Source of the DNA: Dehalococcoidia bacterium
GTDB taxonomy: Bacteria; Chloroflexota; Dehalococcoidia; Lucifugimonadales; GCA-2712585
Assembly: GCA_965208725.1 (NCBI GenBank)
Contig: CBDBPI010000001.1
Coordinates: forward strand, 732,687-796,686
Reading direction: 5' to 3'
DNA length: 64,000 nucleotides
Under the pieces are notes generated by a model. That model worked only from the letters and a program-made list of their open reading frames with translations, made no database searches and was not told the origin of the DNA. Each line of letters starts with the position of its first letter. Position 1 is the first letter of the stretch. Positions 47,963 through 56,573 of this stretch are shown here, in pieces. A program made the translations under genes and the position numbers.

Positions 47963-48949
47963 CTATCCGTGCAGTTCGATAACGTCCCCGTCCGCGAGGA
48001 CGTAGTCGCGGCCCACCCGCTGTCCGTCGAACTTGGCCGAACCCCACAGAAGCGCGTACTTCAGCTTCTCCCGCCACTCCTTGTGAAGCCTCTGGGCCGC
48101 GTCCGAGGCGGTGCTCCCCCTCGCTATGACGATGGGCTTGTCAAAGTCCGGCTGTCCGCTGGGACTCTTGGTGTACACCCGCACCTTCTTCAGATGCTTG
48201 AACACCTCCCGACCCACCTCCTCCAGCCCCGTGCCGTCCAGACATGACAGCTTGATGATGGTGAACTTCTCTCCGTAAGCCCGCTCCAGCCTGCGAAACT
48301 TCTCGTCGGCGTCCTCTGCATCCGCCTTGTTGGCCAGGATGATCGACAGCTTCTGAATCCTCGCCCCCTCCGGGTCGATGGCCTCCCCCGCCTCCAGCAG
48401 CGAATACCCCCACTGGTGCAGCAATGCGTTTATCTCCTCCATCTCCACCATCGGGTCCCCTTCCAGGTCCACCGTCACCAGCAGCAGGTCCGTGTTGCGC
48501 AGCAGTCCGAACAGCCGCGTCTGCACGTCCAGCGCGTTCAGAGCCGGAGTGTCCACCAGCTGGAACATGATGTTTTCGAAAGGAAGCATCCCCACCATCG
48601 GGATCTGCGTGGTGAAGGGATAGTCGCCCACCTTGGCCGGTGCGCGGGTGAGGGCGTTCAGGATCTCCGACTTACCCGAGTTTGGCAGGCCGACTATCAG
48701 CACCTGCCCCGCACCCTCCTTGCGAATGCTGAAGGGCTGCGGCCCGCCGCTGGTGCTCTTGGGTTTCTCCAGCTCCTCCATGTGCCGCGACATCCGGGCG
48801 CGCAGGTCCGCCCGCAGATGGTCCGTCCCCTTGTGCTTCGGGATGACGGCCATCATCTCCTGAAGCGCCGCAACCTTCTCCGGCAGCGTCCTCGACTGAC
48901 GGTAACGCTGTTCCGCTTCCTTGTATTTGGGGGTTAGATTGGCTGGCAT
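47963..48949 (-). CDS. DRG-type (Obg superfamily) GTPase with C-terminal TGS domain
   Basis: N-terminal helical region with KHKGTDHLRADLRARM, G1 GLPNSGKSE, FTT, DTP. TGS: VYTKSPSGQPDFDKPIV...LLWGSAKFDGQRVGRDYVLADGDVIEL. Confidence 0.8.
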   Translation of the reverse strand: MPANLTPKYKEAEQRYRQSRTLPEKVAALQEMMAVIPKHKGTDHLRADLRARMSRHMEELEKPKSTSGGPQPFSIRKEGAGQVLIVGLPNSGKSEILNALTRAPAKVGDYPFTTQIPMVGMLPFENIMFQLVDTPALNALDVQTRLFGLLRNTDLLLVTVDLEGDPMVEMEEINALLHQWGYSLLEAGEAIDPEGARIQKLSIILANKADAEDADEKFRRLERAYGEKFTIIKLSCLDGTGLEEVGREVFKHLKKVRVYTKSPSGQPDFDKPIVIARGSTASDAAQRLHKEWREKLKYALLWGSAKFDGQRVGRDYVLADGDVIELHG

Positions 48950-48994
48950 CTTCCGATTATGGTTCTCCCACAGACCCCAAAGTCCCCGCCCCCG

Positions 48995-49033
48995 CCTTCC
49001 CCCTTGACGGGGGAAGGTTTGGATGGGGGTGAT
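48995..49033. repeat. REP-like hairpin, family E
   Basis: CCTTCCCCCttgacGGGGGAAGGtttggatgggggtga; 9-bp GC stem. Confidence 0.8.
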
Positions 49034-49157
49034 TCAGGTAGTATGGATGACGCATTTGGTAGTTATGCAATGTCTTCCCCGAAGGGTGGGGTTCCGATGG
49101 GTGTGATGCTTCTCTATCTCCATTCTGTTCAAATCGACCCGCAAAGCCCTCCGGCTG

Positions 49158-49937
49158 CTAGTGTCCCGTGTACTCGGGGTCCCGCTTCTCCACGAAGGCC
49201 CTCGCCGACTCCTCGAAGTCCGCCGTGTTGTGAAGCCTTAACGCCGCCTGGTAGTAGTCCGCCTCGGCGGCGGCACGCACCCACGGCCAGCGCGTCACCC
49301 TCACCCCGGCGCGGACCGCCAAGGGCGGCGCTTCAAGAATCTGCTCCGCCAGTTCCACGGCCCCCCGCAGATGCTCGCCCTTCGGTGTGACCCGATTTAT
49401 CAGCCCATGACCCATCAGCGTCTCGGCGGTCTGGGACTGCCCCGTCAGCAGCATCTCCGTGGTCATCTTGGAGGGCATGAAGTTCTGCACCTTGGCCCAC
49501 GCCGGCCCTCCGGGGAAGCCCCGCAGCGTCTCAGTGAGACCGAACTCAGCCCCCTTCTCGGCGACGATTAGGTCGCACTCGGCGGCGATGACCAGCCCGT
49601 AACCCAGACAGTATCCGTGGACGGCGGCGATGACAGGCTTCCAGTTGATGCATCGACCCAGAAACCCCTCCGGGTTCATCCCCATACCCCAGTCGGCGTC
49701 CCGTTGGCGTGAGTTGGGGTTGTGAAACCGCTCCTTTACGTCGGCGCCGGAGCAGAAGGCCCGACCCGCCCCATGCATCACCGCCACCCAGGCCTCGTCG
49801 TCAACGTCAAAGCTGTGCAGGGCCTCCGCCAGGTCTGTCTCCAGGTCCTTGTTGACGGCGTTGAGCACCCGCGGCCGATTTAGGGTCACGTAGCCGATGC
49901 GGCCTTCTCTTCGATAAGTGACGGCTTTCGAGTTCAT
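49158..49937 (-). CDS. enoyl-CoA hydratase/isomerase (crotonase) family protein
   Basis: ITLNRPRVLNAV, AFCSGADV, AAVHGYCLGYG. Confidence 0.88.
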   Translation of the reverse strand: MNSKAVTYRREGRIGYVTLNRPRVLNAVNKDLETDLAEALHSFDVDDEAWVAVMHGAGRAFCSGADVKERFHNPNSRQRDADWGMGMNPEGFLGRCINWKPVIAAVHGYCLGYGLVIAAECDLIVAEKGAEFGLTETLRGFPGGPAWAKVQNFMPSKMTTEMLLTGQSQTAETLMGHGLINRVTPKGEHLRGAVELAEQILEAPPLAVRAGVRVTRWPWVRAAAEADYYQAALRLHNTADFEESARAFVEKRDPEYTGH

Positions 49938-50010
49938 AACTGGACAGCCTCCAAAGCCTATTATGCCCCAGCCGCACCTCTCTTGCCAGTCGACCCCTCT
50001 TAATCCACCC

Positions 50011-50214
50011 GCTCATCCTGAGCTTATCGAAGGACGGCGTGGATGGGATGATCGCACTCCCTCCACTCCTCCCCCGCCTCCGCTCCACTTTCCCCACCCC
50101 CGCGAAAGCGGGGGCCCACTCGTCAACAGAAATCATCAAACCCCACCACGCTGCCTTTTCTTGTTTCTGCGAAGGCGGGAACTCCCCCACTCATCCTGAG
50201 CCTGCCGAAGGACG
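50011..50214. repeat. mosaic REP-like array 2 (families C, B, B', C)
   Basis: gctcatcctgagcttatcgaaggacgg (50011-50037); ccccacccccgcGAAAgcgggggcccactc (50092-50122); ttctgcGAAGgcgggaa (50164-50182); ctcatcctgagcctgccgaaggacg (50189-50214). Confidence 0.8.
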
Positions 50215-50279
50215 TAGGGACGGTTCGCGAACCGCCCGACCCAACTCCCCGCCAATTCTCAAAAGTGCCAAAATGCCCC

Positions 50280-50338
50280 TTGCAATCCAACAAACGCCCG
50301 TTCTATAGTATACGTTATAAGAAATTCTATTCGAATAG
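50280..50338 (+). promoter_or_regulatory. promoter plus downstream 12-bp perfect palindrome upstream of phage-like module 2
   Basis: TTGCAA (50280-50285), 18-nt spacer ending GTTC, TATAGT (50304-50309). Palindrome CTATTCGAATAG (50327-50338). Confidence 0.4.
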
Positions 50339-50359
50339 CAAGGAGGACATCCGAACAAC

Positions 50360-50704
50360 ATGCTCCCCAGTCGAACCAGCAAGAAATACATCGGCGCAAA
50401 CATCGATGGCCAGGAATACAGGGACGAAGGATGCGAAATCTCCCCGTCCTGTCTGCGATGTCCTCTGCCCCGCTGCAAGTACGACGATCCCCAATACGCC
50501 CAGGCCCAGCGTCGCCGTCAGAGGGACAACCTGATCGTCAGCGCTCACGTACGCGAAGGTCTCTCCGTGGCCGAGGTGGCCCGTCGGTTCGGACTCACCC
50601 ACAAGACCATACTTCGAATTTTAAGGAGGAACGGATATGGAAGAAATAAATCTGCCTCAGCTCGTCGCAAGAAGGGACGCCCGTCGGCTGCAAGGCTACG
50701 CTGA
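50360..50704 (+). CDS. Cys4 plus helix-turn-helix small protein (overlaps the portal start)
   Basis: CEISPSCLRCPLPRC, then HTH LSVAEVARRFGLTHKTILRILRR. The 3' end overlaps the portal gene by 68 nt. Confidence 0.5.
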   Translation: MLPSRTSKKYIGANIDGQEYRDEGCEISPSCLRCPLPRCKYDDPQYAQAQRRRQRDNLIVSAHVREGLSVAEVARRFGLTHKTILRILRRNGYGRNKSASARRKKGRPSAARLR

Positions 50705-51965
50705 AAACATCAGCTTCTTCGCCGGACGTCAGTGGCAGGGCCGCCAGCGTCGCGGCGAACGTCGGCTCACCTTCAACTACGTGCGCGCCCTGCTCGAAAA
50801 GGTCACGTCCTACATGGCCTCCGGCAGCATCCTCGCAATGGAGCCAATAGAGCCTTCAGAAGAAGGCATGGCCCGCGCTCGCAGCGCTGAAATCGCCATG
50901 CGCCGCGTCTACCAGGACAACCGGCTGGAAGAGCTGGACCTCGCCACCGAGCTCGACGCCGCCGTCCTCGGCGACGGCTGCTTCAAGGTCATCTGGGACC
51001 CGGAAGAACATCGCGTCCGCGTAACCGCCCCCGACGTTCAGGGCATCTTCGCCTGGTGGATCGGCGACGATCCATCCAGGGTCTGGCGCGTCGCCAGCCG
51101 ATACCGCATCTCCGCCGAAGACGCCGACCACCTTTACAACGTCAAGACCGGCGACCAGGACGGCATGGCTACCGTCGTCGAAGGCTGGACAAAGTCCCTG
51201 TTCCAGCTGTGGGTCGGCGATAACCTCGTCGACGAACGTCCCAACCCCTACGGCTTCATCCCCTTCGTCATCTTCCCCAACCTGCGGGATCCAAAACGCT
51301 TCTGGGGCGTCTCCGACATCCCCATCCTCATGGAACCAGCCCGCGAGCTCAACCGCGCCCTCTCCCAGCTTTCCACCATCCTGGAACTCTCCGGCAACCC
51401 CATCGCCGTGCTGGAGGGTGTGGAGGAAGCCCGCGACATCGCCGTGGAGCCGGGGGCAGTCTGGGAGCTTCCCGACCAGGCCCGCGCCTACCTGCTGGAT
51501 CTGCTCCAGGGCGGCGGCGCCAAGCTCCACGCCGACTACATCAAGCTGGTCTACGACGCCCTCCACGACCTGTCCGAAGCGCCTCGTATCAGCTTCGGAC
51601 ACAACCCACAGCGTCTCTCCGGCGTCGCCCTGGAGATGGAGATGCACCCCCTGCTGCAGCGCGTTGAGCGCAAGCGGCTTATCCGATCCTGGGTCTACCG
51701 TCGACGGGCGGAGATGGCCCTCCGGATGCTGGAACGCTTTGCCGGACAGGACTTCGGCGATCTCTGGATACGCGTTGACTGGGGGCCTCTGCTGCCCCAG
51801 GACCGCACCCGCCTTGTCCAGCAGGAACGCAGCCTCGTGGAGGCAGGCATCCACAGTCGCCGACGCGCCATGGAGCGCCTCGGCGTCACCGACCCCGAAT
51901 CCGAGCAGCAGACCATCCGACGCGAGTCGGAGAAGTCCGCCTTAGAAAACATCAACAACAATTAG
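50637..51965 (+). CDS. phage portal-like protein
   Basis: 442 aa. Its position before an acidic scaffold-like ORF and its size suggest a portal. Strong SD AAGGAGG 8 nt upstream. Assignment is by context and general resemblance only. Confidence 0.55.
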   Translation: MEEINLPQLVARRDARRLQGYAENISFFAGRQWQGRQRRGERRLTFNYVRALLEKVTSYMASGSILAMEPIEPSEEGMARARSAEIAMRRVYQDNRLEELDLATELDAAVLGDGCFKVIWDPEEHRVRVTAPDVQGIFAWWIGDDPSRVWRVASRYRISAEDADHLYNVKTGDQDGMATVVEGWTKSLFQLWVGDNLVDERPNPYGFIPFVIFPNLRDPKRFWGVSDIPILMEPARELNRALSQLSTILELSGNPIAVLEGVEEARDIAVEPGAVWELPDQARAYLLDLLQGGGAKLHADYIKLVYDALHDLSEAPRISFGHNPQRLSGVALEMEMHPLLQRVERKRLIRSWVYRRRAEMALRMLERFAGQDFGDLWIRVDWGPLLPQDRTRLVQQERSLVEAGIHSRRRAMERLGVTDPESEQQTIRRESEKSALENINNN

Positions 51966-51975
51966 AGGAGGCATC

Positions 51976-52542
51976 ATGGAAAATCAACCAAACGAGACCA
52001 ATTCCGAGGCCATAGAAATGTTAGACGACTCCACCGACACGCCTGAAATCAAGCACGAAAGCTCCGAAAATTCGGATTCCTCTGCACCACACAGCGAAAC
52101 GAGTCCCCCGGCAACAAGTCAGGAAGAAACGTCGGAAGAGAGCGAGAAGAATGAGGACGCAAACGTGGAGGAACCCTCCCCGCTCGAAGGCCGAATGGCA
52201 GAGCTGGAGCAACGGCTCGAACAGTCGGAGACCCAACGTCGGGAAGGTGAAGAAAAACTCTCCGCCACGCAGAAATCCCTGGCGGAAGCGGTTTCCCGCT
52301 ACCGGGCCATGCTGCTGAAGTCCATGCCGGAGGCGCCTGAGTCCATGGTCGTCGGAGAAACCGTGGACGAAGTGGACAGCTCTTTCGCCGACGCCAAGGC
52401 CCTGGTCCAACAGGTTCGACGAGAAATGGAGGAAAGACTGGCCAGGGAACGTCTCCCCGCCGGTTCCCCCACCCGCGGCCACGCCAACTTCGCAACCCTC
52501 ACCCCCATGGAAAAGATCCGCTCCGCCCTCTCCAACCCCTAA
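51976..52542 (+). CDS. phage scaffold-like acidic coiled-coil protein
   Basis: 188 aa. Very acidic N-terminus (SEESEKNEDANVEE) and a coiled-coil centre. Immediately follows the portal-like gene. Confidence 0.5.
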   Translation: MENQPNETNSEAIEMLDDSTDTPEIKHESSENSDSSAPHSETSPPATSQEETSEESEKNEDANVEEPSPLEGRMAELEQRLEQSETQRREGEEKLSATQKSLAEAVSRYRAMLLKSMPEAPESMVVGETVDEVDSSFADAKALVQQVRREMEERLARERLPAGSPTRGHANFATLTPMEKIRSALSNP

Positions 52543-52567
52543 AACGCCCACAACCACATAACCATCC

Positions 52568-52795
52568 GGTAGAGGCGGGTTTGAAACCCGCCTCTACCAT
52601 TCCCCACCCCCGCGAACGCGGGGGCCCACTCTTCGCTGACACCAAGCCCCATCCCTCCACGCTCAACCCCCAACCCAAGCCCAACTCTGCAAAACTTGCC
52701 GTCACGCAGTGACCCCCTCTCTCGCCCTGGGAGAGGGTCGGGGTGAGGGGGTACTCGCTCATCCTGAGCCTGCCGAAGGACGAAGGGTCGAGCAC
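52568..52795. repeat. mosaic REP-like array 3 (families A, B, G, D, C)
   Basis: GGTAGAGGCGGGTTTgAAACCCGCCTCTACC (15-bp stem, 52568-52598); ccccacccccgcgaacgcgggggcccactc (52602-52632); family G about 52681-52712; ccctctctcgccctgggagagggtcggggtgaggg (52714-52750); gctcatcctgagcctgccgaaggacg (52757-52782). Confidence 0.85.
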
Positions 52796-52838
52796 CCCCA
52801 ACTGCCATCCGTCTATGTCATCAAGAATTTAGTTGTCT

Positions 52839-53426
52839 TCAGAAAGTGATAAAGTGGCCCCCAAAAACTCTTGCTAGTACGTTGTCAGGGTCATGCTCAG
52901 CAATCCCCTGTAACTCTCTAGGTATGTGTAGAGCTAGTGAACTTTCTCTCAAGAGCTCCATCAAGCGTACTGACTCTTCGTAGGCAATTTCATCCCACTG
53001 CTCAGCATCAACTTTTGACTTCCTTAGTCGATCAAAGCCTTCATCTTTCAAGTCGAGTGTCAGAAGCTCAATATAGACTGAATACGTCCATATTGTCTCT
53101 AGGTATGCCTTTGATGTACCCAACGCTGCGGAATGCAGTTGTGCATGTTCACTTTGAGGTCTAACGTCTACTAATCGATTGTGTGCATCTTGAGATTCAA
53201 GTAAGTGTGCTCGGTAAGCTGCCACACGTTCGGTCGACCGTTCTTGCCACTCGGCTTCAGAATTTTGGAATATTATTCCTGCCTGTTCATGAATCTTACT
53301 GGTCGGCAAGATATACAGGAGAACATCTTGCAGACATCGTGTAAACTCACCGTCTGCAACTCGCGCCTTGAAAAGACGGGAGATGGAATAGAGAATCATT
53401 CGCAGCCAAGACATTAACACCCCCAA
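52839..53426 (-). CDS. hypothetical protein (low GC)
   Basis: 195-aa ORF; no motif recognised. Compositionally distinct from its neighbours. Confidence 0.5.
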   Translation of the reverse strand: MGVLMSWLRMILYSISRLFKARVADGEFTRCLQDVLLYILPTSKIHEQAGIIFQNSEAEWQERSTERVAAYRAHLLESQDAHNRLVDVRPQSEHAQLHSAALGTSKAYLETIWTYSVYIELLTLDLKDEGFDRLRKSKVDAEQWDEIAYEESVRLMELLRESSLALHIPRELQGIAEHDPDNVLARVFGGHFITF

Positions 53427-53496
53427 CGACTAGATGAACATAACTTTGCCCAGAATATACTACAACCTAGAACGCAATATGGGTTAGGCGCCAGCC

Positions 53497-54519
53497 ATGA
53501 ACCTCAAATTCGCTGCCACCTCCCGGCCCGGCAACCACGACGAAGTGGTCCAATGGGTCCAGGCCGCCGAGGCCCTCGGCTACCACCGCATCGGCATCGC
53601 CGACTCCCCCGCCCTCTACCGCGATATCTGGGTCTCCCTCACCCACGTGGCCCTCAACACCCGCCGCCTCCCCTTCGGCTCCTGGGTCACCAACCCCGTG
53701 ACCCGCCATCCCGTGGTGACCGCCAGCGCCGCCTCCGCCCTGGCTGAAATCGCCCCCAACCGCGTCTGCATCGGCATCGGCTCCGGCAACAGCGGCGTCT
53801 ACAACGCTGGACGTCGCGCCGCAACCCTCGCTTCCCTCCGCGAATACGTAACCACCCTTCGCGCCCTCCTGACCACCGGCGAGGCCGAATACCAGGGAGG
53901 AACGGCCCGCCTCCGCTGGTACGACGTGGACAGAAAAATCCCCATCTACATGGCCGCCCACGCCCGCGGCTCCCTCCGACTGGCGGGCGAGCTCGCCGAC
54001 GGCGTCATCATCGGCACGGGCACAACCCCGGAGGTGGTGGAAGCGTCTCTCAACGCCCTCGCCGAGGGCGCCCGCACCGCCGGTCGAGACCCCAACGACA
54101 TCGACGTCTGGTGGTCCGTCCCCTTCAATCTCCGCGACAGCGACGACGAAGGGTTAGACCCCCAGGGTGGCCCCGCGCGGGAGGCCAACTACCTCAACCG
54201 CTTCACCCTCAAGGGCAAGTTCGTCCCGAAGCAGTACTGGGAGGGCATCCGCGCCCTCGCCCAGGCATACGACCTCAGCACCCACGGACGTCCCACCCCC
54301 GAGCAGCTCCGTACCTACGACGCGCTGGCCGAAGAGTACGGCGTTCGTGACTACCTGCTGGAGCGATTCGGCGGCATCAGCGGCACAGCCGAAGAGTGCA
54401 TCGAAAAGCTCCGCCGCAACGCCGCCATCGGCGTCCGCCAGTACAGCATCAACGTCCCCGACTCCAACCGCCCCCAACGCCTTCGCCGCATGATGGAAGA
54501 AGTCATCAGCCACGCCTAA
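53497..54519 (+). CDS. LLM-class (luciferase-like) flavin/F420-dependent oxidoreductase
   Basis: GYHRIGIADSPALY..., TIM-barrel LLM pattern; 340 aa. Confidence 0.8.
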   Translation: MNLKFAATSRPGNHDEVVQWVQAAEALGYHRIGIADSPALYRDIWVSLTHVALNTRRLPFGSWVTNPVTRHPVVTASAASALAEIAPNRVCIGIGSGNSGVYNAGRRAATLASLREYVTTLRALLTTGEAEYQGGTARLRWYDVDRKIPIYMAAHARGSLRLAGELADGVIIGTGTTPEVVEASLNALAEGARTAGRDPNDIDVWWSVPFNLRDSDDEGLDPQGGPAREANYLNRFTLKGKFVPKQYWEGIRALAQAYDLSTHGRPTPEQLRTYDALAEEYGVRDYLLERFGGISGTAEECIEKLRRNAAIGVRQYSINVPDSNRPQRLRRMMEEVISHA

Positions 54520-54591
54520 CCCGCCAATAATGTAGTCCACTACTTCCCTTGATTTGAGAATAGATAATCTCCTCAGAGTGAGGGCCGTAAA

Positions 54592-54966
54592 ATGCCATTA
54601 GGAGAAAGCAACTTGTACGCCTCCGTCTACATATACCGGGTCAAAAGGAAAAACGTCGAGGAATTCTTGGCTATCGAGCGAAAGGCCGCCAAGGTCTATA
54701 TGGAGCACGGGTCTATCAACTATGACGTCTATAGGGGATTAAATCTGGCAGCCATGTATGGCTGCGCAGGGTTTGCGGAGTCATTGGATGTCGCCGACGA
54801 TGAGGAGGTACTGATTGGCTTGAACGGCTTCCACGACGAGGCCCATCACGACGAAACTATGCCCAAGGTCAACTCAGACCCAAGAATCCAGGACCTCTTC
54901 GCTCAGGTGATCAAGGTGATAAGCCTGGAACGCACCATCCACGGCAAGTTCGAGTTCGTCAGCTAG
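54592..54966 (+). CDS. DUF1428-like protein
   Basis: YIYRVKRKNVEEFLAIERKAAKVYMEHG...DPRI resembles the DUF1428 pattern. Confidence 0.5.
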   Translation: MPLGESNLYASVYIYRVKRKNVEEFLAIERKAAKVYMEHGSINYDVYRGLNLAAMYGCAGFAESLDVADDEEVLIGLNGFHDEAHHDETMPKVNSDPRIQDLFAQVIKVISLERTIHGKFEFVS

Positions 54967-54976
54967 AGTCTATTTC

Positions 54977-56134
54977 CTAACCCCGCCCATTCTTCCGCAC
55001 AAACCCAGCCAGCCGCTCCAACGCCTTGGCGATGTTATCCGCCGAGTTGGCGTACGACAGACGCACAAACCCCTCCCCGTACTCGCCGAACGCGCTCCCC
55101 GATAGCAGCGCCACTCCCGCCTCGTTCAGCACTCGCTCCTGAAAATCGCCGCTCTCGAATCCCGTCCCCTCGATACTGGGGAACACGTAGAAGGCCCCCT
55201 CCGGCACCGCACACTCGATGCCCGGGATGCTGTTCAGCCCCGCCACAATCAGGTCCCGACGCTTCCGAAACTCGTCCACCATGTTCAGCACCGGCTCCTG
55301 CGGCCCCTCCAGCGCACGGATGGCCGCCCGCTGCGTGAAGCTCGCCGCGCACGACACGCTGTTGGCCGCCAGCTTCACCACGTGCTCCGTCAGCCAGTGG
55401 GGGAACACCCCGTAGCCCAGCCGCCAGCCCGTCATCGCGTAGGACTTGGAGAATCCGTCCAGTATCACCGTCCGCTCCACCATCCCCGGCAGCGACGTGA
55501 TGCTGTGGTGCGCTCCCTTGTAGATGATGTCCTTGTAGATCTCGTCGGAGAGAATCACCACGTCTTCCCGAGGCCCAAGCAGCCCTGCCAGCCGCTCCAC
55601 GTCCTCCCTGCCCATGACGGACCCCGTCGGGTTCTGGGGCGAATTCAGAATCACCAGCTTGGTGCGGTCGGACAGCTTGCTCTCCAGGTCGTCCAGGTCC
55701 ATCCTGTTCCCCTCGTCGGGCAGCAACCGAACGGGAACCAGCTTCGCGCCGCAGAAGTTGATCATCGACTCGTAGATGGGGAAGCTGGGGTTCGGATAGA
55801 GGACCTCGTCTCCCGGTTGGCAAAGCGCCATGATGGTGAAGAACATGATGGGCTTGCCCCCCGGCGTTACCACCACCTGGCTCGGCTCTATCTCCAGTCC
55901 CCGCGTCGCGTTCACGTTGTTCGCGATGGCCTCCTGAAGCTCCGGCAGGCCGGCGGAAGGTCCGTAGTGGGTGTAGCCCTGCCGCAGCGCCTGGATGCCC
56001 GCGTCCACTATATGGGAGGGCGTGTCGAAGTCCGGCTCCCCTATCTCAAGGTGTACCACGTCGTGACCCTTGGCCTCCAATGCCTTGGCCTTGGCCAGTA
56101 CCTCAAAGGCCGATTCCGTCCCCAGGTTGTTCAT
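54977..56134 (-). CDS. pyridoxal phosphate-dependent aminotransferase (class I, aspartate aminotransferase-like)
   Basis: MNNLGTESAFEVLAKAKALEAKG..., NPQNPTG, SKSYAMTGWRLGY (PLP lysine). The longer track ORF runs into a REP array. Confidence 0.88.
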   Translation of the reverse strand: MNNLGTESAFEVLAKAKALEAKGHDVVHLEIGEPDFDTPSHIVDAGIQALRQGYTHYGPSAGLPELQEAIANNVNATRGLEIEPSQVVVTPGGKPIMFFTIMALCQPGDEVLYPNPSFPIYESMINFCGAKLVPVRLLPDEGNRMDLDDLESKLSDRTKLVILNSPQNPTGSVMGREDVERLAGLLGPREDVVILSDEIYKDIIYKGAHHSITSLPGMVERTVILDGFSKSYAMTGWRLGYGVFPHWLTEHVVKLAANSVSCAASFTQRAAIRALEGPQEPVLNMVDEFRKRRDLIVAGLNSIPGIECAVPEGAFYVFPSIEGTGFESGDFQERVLNEAGVALLSGSAFGEYGEGFVRLSYANSADNIAKALERLAGFVRKNGRG

Positions 56135-56242
56135 CCTGTCTGCTGCTTGCAAATGACCCCTCCCCTTTGGCGTCAACCCCCTTTTACCAGAGCGCAACGA
56201 AAAGCGCAACGAAAGCCCCCAACCCCCACCAACCTCGCCTTC

Positions 56243-56480
56243 CGTAGCGGCGGGTTTAAAACCCGCCCTCTCCCGTCTTCCCCCTCTCCCGTCCTGGGAG
56301 AGGGTTGGGGTGAGGGTCACTCCCCCTCCCATCCCCCACATGTCACACTAAACGCAGCGAAGAACCTTGCTGCCATTTACCAATCCCCACCCCTCGTTTT
56401 CCCGCGAAGGCGGGAATCCATATTCCCTCTTCCCTCTTGAGCCTTCCCCATCGACGGGGGAAGGTATGGATGGGGGTGAC
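56243..56480. repeat. mosaic REP-like array 4 (families A, D, F, B', E) in a divergent intergenic region
   Basis: cgtagcggcgggtttaaaacccgccc; cccctctcccgtcctgggagagggttggggtgagggt; catgtcacactaaacgcagcgaagaacc; ttcccgcGAAGgcgggaa; ccttccccatcgacgggggaaggtatggatgggggtga. Confidence 0.85.
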
Positions 56481-56573
56481 TCCCTCCCTCTCACCGAGAC
56501 AAGAACCCCTCACCCACCCAAAATGTTAATATGTACCCGAATCGTATCCACTAACCAGCCACCGGAGGTTTCC

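Noticed and set aside
52499-52808. ORFs spanning repeat arrays (also 49807-50190, 50039-50308, 59528-59934, 63046-63500, 63535-63811, 48959-49390)
   Set aside because: They translate REP-like units (GFKPA.TG, PLSRPGRG, PRERGGP and similar). They lack SDs, and the same peptide fragments recur wherever the DNA repeat recurs.
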